A stretch of 64,000 nucleotides of DNA, from contig CAMAUY010000007.1 of NCBI GenBank assembly GCA_945861565.1, positions 3,116 to 67,115 of the forward strand. Reading direction: 5' to 3'. A program made the translations under genes and the position numbers. The notes beneath the pieces were generated by a model. The model searched no databases, was not told the origin of the DNA, and saw only the letters and a program-made list of their open reading frames with translations. Shown piece after piece: positions 17,956 to 27,464 of the stretch (positions within the stretch are counted from its first letter, which is position 1; every line of letters begins with the position of its first letter). This DNA comes from Akkermansia muciniphila. GTDB taxonomy: Bacteria > Verrucomicrobiota > Verrucomicrobiia > Limisphaerales > UBA9464.

Positions 17956-20342
17956 AAACCGCTATCCCTACCCACCCTCCCGAAGAGCTTGAGGTGCGCA
18001 TCACTGCTCTACTGCTTGGTGAACTGTCGGCGGACGAGTCAGCACAGGTCCGCAGCGAAATCGGACGAAATCCGGAGATGCAGCAACTTCACGACCGGTT
18101 GCAACTCACGATGGGCATCGTGCAAGCGACACTGGCATCGACGGATGAATCCGTTTCGATGTCTGTGCCGAAACTGTCGGAGGATCGTCGGCAAAGACTG
18201 TTGCAACACCTCAAGACTTCTCCTGCCGTCGCGTCGAGGGGGACGCCGAAGCACGGGTCACAAACCGCCCGGAGCGGGCGGATGCCGTGGTACGTACCGA
18301 TGACCGTTGCGGCGGTATTGATTGGCTTATTGTCAATCGAGGGGCTGCTGCGGGAAACTGGAGGCACCCATTCCAGGAGCGAATCACTGGGGACTTATCG
18401 CGAACTGTCCACGGCGGCGCAGCCTTTGGGAAGCGGACTCGATTCAGTCGCGGTCCCGCAGGGTTTGGCGTTGGGGGAAGGGGAGGTGGCTGCGGACGTT
18501 TACGAGGAGCGAATCGCCGCCAGACCGAAATTGGCCCGGAGATCTTTGGACAGCTTTGCTCTGGGCGCTCCCATTGGACCTGCATCGGCGGCACCTTCTC
18601 GTCAATTAGAAGAACGATTGACAGGGGTCCCTGATTCCAAGGACTTGGTTGAAAAAGAAGGCGAGGCGTTGGGAAGATTCGTTCAACAGACCCCGGAGAC
18701 GCTGTTTCGGAAAGCCGACCAATTCGGCACACAAACTGCCCCCGAAAAGAGCTCCCGGGAATCTGCACGGCTTGTACCTGAGACGCCGCCGGCAGCGATC
18801 GAATTGAGCGTTGCCGATGACTCCGGTGCAAAAAATGCCAGCCAAATCCGCGACAAGACCGTGGCTGGCCAGCGCACCTCTGGGGCGAAGTTAGGTCGCC
18901 TGAGTGTGAAACAGCAATTGGCCGCACCGGATCCCGTTCTGGAAGTCCAAAGACTAAACGAAAGGGGCGACGACATCGCTCCGATCGTCCGCTCGCCGTC
19001 AACCGAGCCTCAACCTGAAATTTCCGCGCGCGAAAATGCGTTCTCCACATTCTCGCTCAATGTCAGCGATGTGTCGTTCAAGCTTGCGGCGGCGAGCTTG
19101 GATAAGGGGATTCTGCCCGAGCCGGCGTCGATTCGGAGCGAGGAATTTATTAACGCGTTTCACTATCGCGATCCGGAACCCGCGCTGGGTGCGCCCGTCG
19201 GATTCACTTGGGAACGGGCCCGGAATCCTTTTGCACAGGATCGTGACATTCTCCGCTTTGCAGTCCGCACCGCGGCGGAAGGGCGCGAGGCCGGCCGGCC
19301 GTTGAACATTGTCCTGTTACTCGACAACTCGGGTTCAATGGAGCGGGCGGATCGTGTGCGAATCGTTCGCGAGGCGGTTGGGGTGCTTGGACGCCTGTTG
19401 CATCCGCAGGATCGGATCAGCGTGGTGACGTTTTCCCGGACACCCCGTTTGTGGATTGACGGCTTGACGGGAGATCATGCCGGGGAGTTGGCGGATCGCG
19501 TCGGCACGTTGACACCCGAGGGAGGCACGAACCTCGAGGAGGCCTTGGACCTGGGGTATAATACGGCGTCACGCCACTTTCTGAGCCGGGGCGGCAATCG
19601 AGTGGTCCTGTTGACCGACGGCGCGGCCAACCTCGGAGATGTCCGTGCCAGCACCCTCAAGGCCAAGGTCGAGGCGTGGCGTCGGCGCGGGATCGCGCTG
19701 GATTGCTTCGGAATCGGCTGGGAGGGGCTGAATGACGATTTATTGGAAGTCCTTTCGCGAAACGGCGACGGGCGGTACGGATTCATTAACAGCGCCGAGG
19801 ATGCTTCCACGGGATTTGCCGATCAATTGGCGGGAGCGCTGCGCGTCGCGGCGGCCGACGTAAAGGTGCAGGTCGAATTTAATCCGCAGCGCGTGAGTGT
19901 CTGGCGCCAAATCGGCTATGCCCGCCATCAACTGACGAAGGCGCAATTCCGGGACAACACCGTGGATGCCGCCGAGTTGGCGGCGGCGGAATCAGGCAAT
20001 GCCCTTTATGTTGTCCAGACGGATGCCGCGGGCAACGGACCGATCGCGACCGTCCGGGTGAGGCATCGGGACCCGGTGACTGGCATCTATCGGGAGCAGG
20101 AATGGCGGGTGCCCTATACGGGTCCGGCAGTTGCCATGGAACGAGCACCGGTAGGATTGCGCCTGGCGTCATCCGCGGCCGCCTTCTCTGAATGGCTGGC
20201 GCAGAGTCCCTATGCGGCAGCCGCGACCCCGGACGTCCTCATCCGGCAACTGGAAGGTATACCGCAGGCTTATGCGCCGGACCTAACACCCTCGAAGCTC
20301 GAAGCGATGCTGGGGCAGGCGCGGTCGATTTCGGGGAAATGA
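17952..20342 (+). CDS. anti-sigma-like N-terminus + TM + YfbK-like von Willebrand factor A protein
   Basis: N-terminus ITALLLGELSADESAQVRSEI (anti-sigma-like, no Zn ligands). TM MPWYVPMTVAAVLIGLLSI. vWA N-terminal module FSTFSLNVSDVSFKL...IRSEEFINAFHY. VWA MIDAS motif LNIVLLLDNSGSM. C-terminal DUF3520-like region. Confidence 0.8.
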   Translation: MKTAIPTHPPEELEVRITALLLGELSADESAQVRSEIGRNPEMQQLHDRLQLTMGIVQATLASTDESVSMSVPKLSEDRRQRLLQHLKTSPAVASRGTPKHGSQTARSGRMPWYVPMTVAAVLIGLLSIEGLLRETGGTHSRSESLGTYRELSTAAQPLGSGLDSVAVPQGLALGEGEVAADVYEERIAARPKLARRSLDSFALGAPIGPASAAPSRQLEERLTGVPDSKDLVEKEGEALGRFVQQTPETLFRKADQFGTQTAPEKSSRESARLVPETPPAAIELSVADDSGAKNASQIRDKTVAGQRTSGAKLGRLSVKQQLAAPDPVLEVQRLNERGDDIAPIVRSPSTEPQPEISARENAFSTFSLNVSDVSFKLAAASLDKGILPEPASIRSEEFINAFHYRDPEPALGAPVGFTWERARNPFAQDRDILRFAVRTAAEGREAGRPLNIVLLLDNSGSMERADRVRIVREAVGVLGRLLHPQDRISVVTFSRTPRLWIDGLTGDHAGELADRVGTLTPEGGTNLEEALDLGYNTASRHFLSRGGNRVVLLTDGAANLGDVRASTLKAKVEAWRRRGIALDCFGIGWEGLNDDLLEVLSRNGDGRYGFINSAEDASTGFADQLAGALRVAAADVKVQVEFNPQRVSVWRQIGYARHQLTKAQFRDNTVDAAELAAAESGNALYVVQTDAAGNGPIATVRVRHRDPVTGIYREQEWRVPYTGPAVAMERAPVGLRLASSAAAFSEWLAQSPYAAAATPDVLIRQLEGIPQAYAPDLTPSKLEAMLGQARSISGK

Positions 20343-20393
20343 TTCAACGAACCGAGCCCTTCGCGGACCAAGACTCGATCCCTCACACGCTTT

Positions 20394-23300
20394 ATGAACA
20401 CGTCTAGGAGTTGGAGAATGTTTGCCCGTGGAATCCATACGATCGGTCTGCTCGTGGCCTTTTTCACGTGGCCTCGGCTGCAGGCGGCGGAACCCTCCGT
20501 GGGCTGGGTGCCAAAGAATGCTTCGGTGGAGGCCGACGTGAACGCGGAACATGCGCACTTCGCCATCCAGGCCGACTTCAAGGCGGGTGAGGCACGCGAG
20601 AAGGTCATTTACGGCGCGACGATTCAGCATTCGCTGCATGCCGAGTCGGACAAACTGCGACACACCTTTCGGATCAAGGTTGATTCGATCCAGGGCGGGC
20701 TTAGCGAAATGGTCTTTGTCCTTGCTGGCGAGGGCGAGATCCGGCGAGTGACAGGGCAGGGGTTGGAGGATTGGAGTGTTCGACAGGCGAGTTCGGGTGT
20801 CCGACAGTTGGTGTTACATAGACGCAAGCAAGAGAAGGGCGAGGATCCAGTGCGCACATTTTCGGCCGAAGTCAGCGCCGAGACGGTGATGGAGGCGCAA
20901 AAACCGGTCACACCGCTGAGCCTAACCCTGGAACAGCCGTCGTTGGCCAATGGCCATATCCGGATCAGTGCCGACGCCGGCCTGGACATAAAACTCGGTG
21001 CGATCCAGGGCTTGGTTCCCGTGGAGCCACGATTCCTGCCCGATCCGCCAACGGCTGGTTCGTCCAACTCGATGACACTGCACGCCTTCCGGTTTCTGGG
21101 CACGGCTTATGGCATTCCGTTGGAAGTCGTACCCATGGATCCCGAGGCGCGCCGGGTCGTATTGAAGGATTTCAGGCTGATGGGTCAGTTGGGCTTGGAC
21201 GGGGCGGCGTTTACCCTGACGGCCACGGCTCGGGTGCAAAATCCAGCCGGGGCTTCGATCGAGTTGCTGACGGGTGGCATTGCCTTGACCGAGATGATCG
21301 CTCAGCCCGGATGGCACATCGAGTATCGCGAAGGCCGTTTTGTGGGCGTTTTTGCACATGCAGGAGACTTTGCCGTCCGCCTTAAATTCAATGCGTCAGT
21401 CCGGCTCACCAATGGATGGAGTCACTTGGACTTTGCCGTGGCACCCAGCGCGCTCCCGGCCGTGACGCTTGCGGGATGGAATCCGGACACCCAGTTCCGA
21501 TTTGCGGGTGCTGCCAAACCGGTGCGATCGGGTGAGACCTTCGCGGGCTATCTGCCGCCGGATGGGCACGTATTGCTGGACTGGAAGGAAAAACGCGCCG
21601 AAGCCGAGGGAGCTCTCTTCTTCTCCGTGGAACAATTCTCACAGGTCACGGTAAGTCCCGGCCTGATGCGACAGTTGGCCTGGCTGGATTTCAAGGTGAT
21701 GCAGGGTGAGTTGAATCGCGTGAGCCTGATCCTGCGCGGGGACGGGGAAGTGACGCGGGTGCAAGGGGCGCATGTCCTGTCGTGGGCGGTGGAGCCGATC
21801 GCAGGCTCCGTGGATCGTCGGTTGACCATCCAGCTAAATCAGGCAGAAAAAGATCAATTTCCGCTTCAGATTCAAACCCAGACACCGATGGGGGCCTTTC
21901 CGCAGGCGACAAATGTCCTGCAGCTTCGTCCCGAGGGCGCAACGCGCTTCGGAGGTTACTATCGAATCGTCAACGACGGCGCCGTGCGATTGGAGGTGCT
22001 GAAGGCCAGCGGACTTTCCCAGATTTCACCCGAACAATTCCCACAAACCGATGCAACGCGCGCTCTGTTGTCGCAACCGGCGTCCCAGGTTTTTGCGTAC
22101 CGGTTTTCCGGGAGTGACATCGAGTTACGCCTTCAGGCCGACAACATCCTGCCGGAGCTTGCGGTGTCTCAAATTCTTGTTTTTCACCTCGGCGAGACGG
22201 AGTTGGCGATTGATGCGGACATCGAGATCGATATACGGGAGGCGCCTCTGCGGGAGTTGGCCCTGCGGATACCCCCTGGTTACGCGGTCGCACGGCTCAA
22301 TGCGTCCGGAATGAGCGACTATTTTGTGCCCGATCCTGCGAACACCACGGATCTCCCGCTGCGAATCATCTATGGCGCACCGGTCGCGGGACGGCAGACG
22401 GTGCAACTACGGCTTGAGCGGAACGGGGCACTCGGGGCGACGACTTGGGTCCTCCCGCGCGTTCAAGTGGTGAACGCCCGGTCCACCCGCGGGCACATTG
22501 GGATTACGGCGGATGCCGGCTTTCGTCTTTCCACGGGAGTCATCCCAGGTTTGACGGAGATCGCGACGGGCTTTTTTCCGAAGAAAATGGTCGGGCTGCA
22601 AGCAGCGTTCCGGCTGAACGATCCGTCGTGGCAGGCGACGTTGGCGGTGGAACGTGTGCCGCAGTCAATCCAGGCGGATGCGCTGCATTTGTTCTCGGTT
22701 GGAGAAGGGATAGCATATGGCAGTACGCTCGTGAATTACGTCATCTCCGGCGCACCGGTGTCGGCATTCCGGATCGGGTTGACCAACGAATATCTGAATG
22801 TCGAGTTTACGGGGCGGGATGTCCGGAGCTGGCAACGGGTGGACGGCGGCTACATTGTCCAGTTACACACACCGGTCTCCGGCACATATACGCTGCTAGC
22901 AACCTATGAGCGGCCCTTCAAGGCTCAGGGCGAAACCTTGCGTTTCAATGGTGCCGAGCCGCTCGACGTGCAGTCCGAGCATGGCTACAGCCTGGTGGTC
23001 AGTACGTACCAGTTTCAGGTCAAGCGAGTGAATGTGTCGTCGAGCCTGGCACCGCTCGAACCGGGCGAAGTGCCCGCGGAATACCGGCTATTCTTCGATG
23101 CTCCGATCCTAGCGGCTTACCGATATACCAGCCGGCCGTTCAACCTCCAACTGGAGCTCCTTCCGCTGACGCAAGGTGAAACGCTCGGGCAGGTGGTCGA
23201 TCGCGCGGCACTCATGACGCGCGTGTCGCGCGAAGGTCAGGTAATCACCGACGCCCGGTATTTCGTGAAGAGCAAGGGCGCGCCAAACATCCGACTGTTG

Positions 23301-26300
23301 GTGCCTGACGGGTCCGAACTCTGGTCGGTGACGGTGAATGGGAAATCCGTGGTGCCCGTGACCGATGGCCGGACAAACCTGGTTCCACTGTTGCCGCAGG
23401 GGGATCCGAACGCGGTGCAGGATCTGGAAATCAAGATTGCGTCCCGCGCAATAAGCCCGGGCCGACTGACGGTGGCCGCGCCGGTAATTTCAGCCCCTGT
23501 CCTGTTGTCGGAATGGCGGTTGGAGCCCGATGCCGGCCGCGCTCTGATCTACCGAGGAGGCACGCTGACGCCGGAATTACCGGGAGCGGGCGTGTCGGGT
23601 TTTGCGGGATTGCTGCGTATGCTCCGGGATGGGAGGCAGGGAGAGGTGGTTCGCTGGCTGGGGAAGGGGCTTGCCTTTATCCTGCTCGGCATTTCCGTGT
23701 GGCGTTATTCGAGCGGGGCGACGGTCTCCCGGTTTGGCGTGCGTCACGTGTTGGGCGGGCTATTGGGGTTGATCGGATTTTTCGGAATGGCGCTCACGCT
23801 GGCGCGACTGTCGGAAATCGCTGCGTCCTTTGGTACCACCGTTCCGTCACATCTTCGCTTTGTCGCTGCGATCCAGCAGGCGAACAGTCCGCAGTCTGTC
23901 GATGTCCTCAACACAACTGTAGTTCCCGGATTCCTGGCCCGCGTTGGGATGTACTGGCCGGCGTTGGTGGCGCTTGTTTTGGGGGCCTATGCATTGGTGG
24001 TCCTCGACGGAGGACTGCGCCGCCTTGCCTTATTCGTGGCGTGGTTCCTGGGATTCTGGTCGGCATTGCGCGCGCCCAATGGAGCACCGACGCTGTTCTT
24101 GCTGGCACTGGCGTTCGTTCTGATCGAGGTCGTTCTCCCTCTGGGGCGCCGCTGGTGGCAGGTACCCCGACGCGCCGGGTCTCTCGACAGGTCGCCGGGT
24201 CTGGCCGCCACGGTGTCCTGGATGCTTCTTCTATCGATGTTCGCGGCATCGTCGACCACGTTCGGCCTCGACGCGATTCTGGTTTCGTCCCGATCCACGG
24301 ACGGGTTTCTGCAACGACCCGTGACGGCAGATTCCGCAATCCAGGATGTCCGGGTCCATGATGGTTTTGTCTATGGCACCGCAAAAATCCGCTGGCAAGC
24401 CATCCAGGGCCAGACCCTGCCGCTGTTGCATCCGCCCGGTGTGTTGACCCGGTGGCAATGCACGGCCGATGCGGGCCGGTTGGTGCAACTGCTGTTCGGA
24501 AGCGCAGTCGGGCATGGCGTCATGGCCGCCAGATCAGGCATGATCGACATCGAATTGGACTATCAGTTGCCCGTGATTTCGCGGGAACAGGACCGTGGAT
24601 TCGCGCTCCCGGTTCAGCATGCGCTGGTGAATCGAATGACACTGGTGCTGGCGGGAATCGAGGCCGATGTCAACGCGCCGGACGCAGTGTCCGTCCTTCC
24701 CACCGATCGTGCGAGTTCCACCAATAGCGCATTTCACCTTGTGCTGGCGCCTGTGGCCGATTGCTGGATCGGCTGGCGGCCACGGAGTCGTGACACCCGG
24801 CGGGAGAAAGCGGTGTTCTATGCGGAGCTTTCACAATTATATGTCCCCGGTGCAGGCGTCGTGGACGGATTGCATCAGGCGCAGATACGTCCGGCGCAAG
24901 GCGAATTGAACGAACTGATTTTTGATATTCCTGGGGGAATGACGATCACCGACGTTCTGGCACCGGTCGTTTCGCTCTGGCGGTATGATCCGGTGACTCG
25001 CCGACTGCGGGTCGGGTTAAGCCCGGCGCAGTCCCGCGCCTTTCCCCTGTTGATCCAGTCGCAGACCTCGACGGGTCCGTTGCCACTGGAACACTCCGTG
25101 GAGCTTATTTCCGTTTCCGAGGCTGCCGGCCAGGTGGGACGGGTGGGTGTGGCCACCGGCGGGGAAGTGCAACTGGATGACGTGCGAGTTGAGGGGATGT
25201 CACCGATTAATCTCGAGGATTTTCCATTGGACATTTTGGAACCCCTCCGCGCGCAGATTGCGGGTCTCACCGTGAGGCGTGCGTACCGGTATTCGAACCC
25301 CGCACTGCCATTGGTCCTCACGGTGTCGGCGGTCGAGTCGGACGTGCGGGTTGAGTCGCAACAAACACTCTCGCTTGGGGAAGATCGGAATGTTCTGGTG
25401 GCGACGTTAAACGTGTCGATCACCCGCGCGGGTGTTTTCAAGCTGAGTTTCCCGCTGCCGGCGGGACTCGACGTCGAGTCCATCAGTGGTCCCTTGCTGA
25501 GTCACTGGACCGAGCTGAAGGCGGATTCGGGACGGATCATTACTCTGCATCTGAAGGGTCGGACGGATGGGGCGCAGGTGTTTCATTTGAGCTTGAGCGG
25601 ACCGGGACTTCGTTCGGCGAAAGGTTGGTTAGTTCCCCGGTTGGTTGTGCGCGAGGCTTCGAAGCAGCGCGGACAACTGGTGGTGGTTCCGGAGCAAGGT
25701 CTGCGGTTACAGGTGGCGACCCGCGACGGCGTGACGCAGCTGGATCCACTTCAAGCGGGCGTTCGGCAAAAGGGGGTTGCCGCGTTTCGACTGTTGCAAG
25801 GGGATTGGTCTCTGAGACTGGACCTGGAGCGCGTGGACGCCTGGACACAGGTGTCTAGCCTCCAGCATCTCGTCATCGATGAGGCGCAGGTACGCGTGGC
25901 CGGAAATTTGCTCTATGAAATTGAAAATGCCGGCGTGAAATCCCTCGCCGTGCGGATTCCGGCCACGGCGGAGGGTGTCCGGTTCCGCGGCGAACCGGTC
26001 GCCGATTTCCTGCTGCGCGCCATCCAGACGAACGCGGCCTATCGCGACTGGGAGATTCGGTTGAGCCGGCGAACCTCAGGAAAGTTCCTCCTCCAGGTGA
26101 ACTTTACTCAGCCCCTTGCGGAAAAAACGCCGACATTCCTGGTTCAGGGAATCGAGGCGCAGGAGGTGAATTTGCAGCGGGGATTCCTAACCGTGCAGGC
26201 TGGAAACCGGCTTCAAGCGAATCTCGGCGGTGTGCCGGCCGCCCTCCAGCCCGCGGAATGGCAGTTCATCCCGCGGACCCTGCAGAAGGATCTGCAGGGG

Positions 26301-27464
26301 GCGTCCGCGGATTATACGTTTCGCCTGGTCGAGCCGACGTTTCAATTGCCTCTTACGCTCGAACGGCATAATGCCGCGAAGCTTCTTCCCGCTCGCGTGA
26401 ACAGTGTCTCGCTGACGTCGGTCGTGTCGGACGACGGCGCAGTGTTGACCCGCGTCGGATTGTCGATGATCCCGGGTGATCAGCAGCAGTTGCGCTTCCG
26501 GCTGCCCGATCAGTCGCGGTTCTGGTTTGCCTTCGTCGGCCAGAAAAGCGTCTGGCCGTGGCGTGAAGCGGATCACATCCTAATTCCCCTCGATCAACAC
26601 TCGAGGACGGGCGAGCCGTTGGCAGTGGAGCTTTTTTACGCTTCTAATTTTGGCCGACAACGTTCGCGGTCGTTGGATTTGTCCCTGCTGGGGCCGGAAT
26701 TTGACCTGCCGCTCGAGAACATTTCTTGGCGTGTGCTTCTTAATGAAAAGTGGCGTCTGAAAAACTGGGGCGGATCGTTGCAACTGCAGGAGCAATCAAC
26801 TGAGCCGAGGCCTATGGCAGTCGATCTCGATACGTATGTGCGCTTGGAAGCCGGGGTGCAGACGGAAAAGACGCGCGAGGCGGAACAGTTCCTCTCGATG
26901 GCCAACTCGCTCATCGAGAAGGGTGACCCAGAACAGGCGCGCCGCGCATTTCAAAACGCCTACGGGCTTTCTCAGCACGACAATGCGTTCAATGAGGACG
27001 CCCGCGTGCAACTTCATAACCTCAAAACACAGCAAGCCCTCGTCGGCCTCAATGTGCGCCAGGCTCGCGGCGCGGGTGAGCCCTCCGCGCTGGCGAATGC
27101 ACCGCGGAGTCTGCGCGATGGACGGGAAATCGCCTACACCCAGCAGGAGGCGAAACAGTTGCTTGAACGGAACTCCGCCGAGGATAATGCCGTGCAGACG
27201 CGCCTGGTCGAACGCCTGATCCTACAGCAGGAAGCCACGGCGGCGACTCCGTCGACTATCCGCGCCTCTGTTCCCGAGTTGGGGCGGAGCCTGATCTTCA
27301 CGCGGTCGGTCCAGGTGGAAACCAAGACCAGCCTTCGCGTCACTCTTCAAGCCGCCGAGGCTGTCGCGGTATCGCTTCCCGCACGGTTTGCGATTCTCGC
27401 CGCCGTTGCCGCGGTGATGGGGCTATTGTGCATCGTCCGTCGCTGGGCGGGGCAGCCGGCTTAA
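20394..27464 (+). CDS. giant (2356 aa) internally duplicated membrane protein, family unknown
   Basis: One uninterrupted 7.07-kb ORF. It has an N-terminal signal-like helix, about six TM helices near aa 1080-1260 and a C-terminal TM (FAILAAVAAVMGLLCIV). Its two beta-rich halves are visibly homologous (see findings). Confidence 0.8.
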   Translation: MNTSRSWRMFARGIHTIGLLVAFFTWPRLQAAEPSVGWVPKNASVEADVNAEHAHFAIQADFKAGEAREKVIYGATIQHSLHAESDKLRHTFRIKVDSIQGGLSEMVFVLAGEGEIRRVTGQGLEDWSVRQASSGVRQLVLHRRKQEKGEDPVRTFSAEVSAETVMEAQKPVTPLSLTLEQPSLANGHIRISADAGLDIKLGAIQGLVPVEPRFLPDPPTAGSSNSMTLHAFRFLGTAYGIPLEVVPMDPEARRVVLKDFRLMGQLGLDGAAFTLTATARVQNPAGASIELLTGGIALTEMIAQPGWHIEYREGRFVGVFAHAGDFAVRLKFNASVRLTNGWSHLDFAVAPSALPAVTLAGWNPDTQFRFAGAAKPVRSGETFAGYLPPDGHVLLDWKEKRAEAEGALFFSVEQFSQVTVSPGLMRQLAWLDFKVMQGELNRVSLILRGDGEVTRVQGAHVLSWAVEPIAGSVDRRLTIQLNQAEKDQFPLQIQTQTPMGAFPQATNVLQLRPEGATRFGGYYRIVNDGAVRLEVLKASGLSQISPEQFPQTDATRALLSQPASQVFAYRFSGSDIELRLQADNILPELAVSQILVFHLGETELAIDADIEIDIREAPLRELALRIPPGYAVARLNASGMSDYFVPDPANTTDLPLRIIYGAPVAGRQTVQLRLERNGALGATTWVLPRVQVVNARSTRGHIGITADAGFRLSTGVIPGLTEIATGFFPKKMVGLQAAFRLNDPSWQATLAVERVPQSIQADALHLFSVGEGIAYGSTLVNYVISGAPVSAFRIGLTNEYLNVEFTGRDVRSWQRVDGGYIVQLHTPVSGTYTLLATYERPFKAQGETLRFNGAEPLDVQSEHGYSLVVSTYQFQVKRVNVSSSLAPLEPGEVPAEYRLFFDAPILAAYRYTSRPFNLQLELLPLTQGETLGQVVDRAALMTRVSREGQVITDARYFVKSKGAPNIRLLVPDGSELWSVTVNGKSVVPVTDGRTNLVPLLPQGDPNAVQDLEIKIASRAISPGRLTVAAPVISAPVLLSEWRLEPDAGRALIYRGGTLTPELPGAGVSGFAGLLRMLRDGRQGEVVRWLGKGLAFILLGISVWRYSSGATVSRFGVRHVLGGLLGLIGFFGMALTLARLSEIAASFGTTVPSHLRFVAAIQQANSPQSVDVLNTTVVPGFLARVGMYWPALVALVLGAYALVVLDGGLRRLALFVAWFLGFWSALRAPNGAPTLFLLALAFVLIEVVLPLGRRWWQVPRRAGSLDRSPGLAATVSWMLLLSMFAASSTTFGLDAILVSSRSTDGFLQRPVTADSAIQDVRVHDGFVYGTAKIRWQAIQGQTLPLLHPPGVLTRWQCTADAGRLVQLLFGSAVGHGVMAARSGMIDIELDYQLPVISREQDRGFALPVQHALVNRMTLVLAGIEADVNAPDAVSVLPTDRASSTNSAFHLVLAPVADCWIGWRPRSRDTRREKAVFYAELSQLYVPGAGVVDGLHQAQIRPAQGELNELIFDIPGGMTITDVLAPVVSLWRYDPVTRRLRVGLSPAQSRAFPLLIQSQTSTGPLPLEHSVELISVSEAAGQVGRVGVATGGEVQLDDVRVEGMSPINLEDFPLDILEPLRAQIAGLTVRRAYRYSNPALPLVLTVSAVESDVRVESQQTLSLGEDRNVLVATLNVSITRAGVFKLSFPLPAGLDVESISGPLLSHWTELKADSGRIITLHLKGRTDGAQVFHLSLSGPGLRSAKGWLVPRLVVREASKQRGQLVVVPEQGLRLQVATRDGVTQLDPLQAGVRQKGVAAFRLLQGDWSLRLDLERVDAWTQVSSLQHLVIDEAQVRVAGNLLYEIENAGVKSLAVRIPATAEGVRFRGEPVADFLLRAIQTNAAYRDWEIRLSRRTSGKFLLQVNFTQPLAEKTPTFLVQGIEAQEVNLQRGFLTVQAGNRLQANLGGVPAALQPAEWQFIPRTLQKDLQGASADYTFRLVEPTFQLPLTLERHNAAKLLPARVNSVSLTSVVSDDGAVLTRVGLSMIPGDQQQLRFRLPDQSRFWFAFVGQKSVWPWREADHILIPLDQHSRTGEPLAVELFYASNFGRQRSRSLDLSLLGPEFDLPLENISWRVLLNEKWRLKNWGGSLQLQEQSTEPRPMAVDLDTYVRLEAGVQTEKTREAEQFLSMANSLIEKGDPEQARRAFQNAYGLSQHDNAFNEDARVQLHNLKTQQALVGLNVRQARGAGEPSALANAPRSLRDGREIAYTQQEAKQLLERNSAEDNAVQTRLVERLILQQEATAATPSTIRASVPELGRSLIFTRSVQVETKTSLRVTLQAAEAVAVSLPARFAILAAVAAVMGLLCIVRRWAGQPA

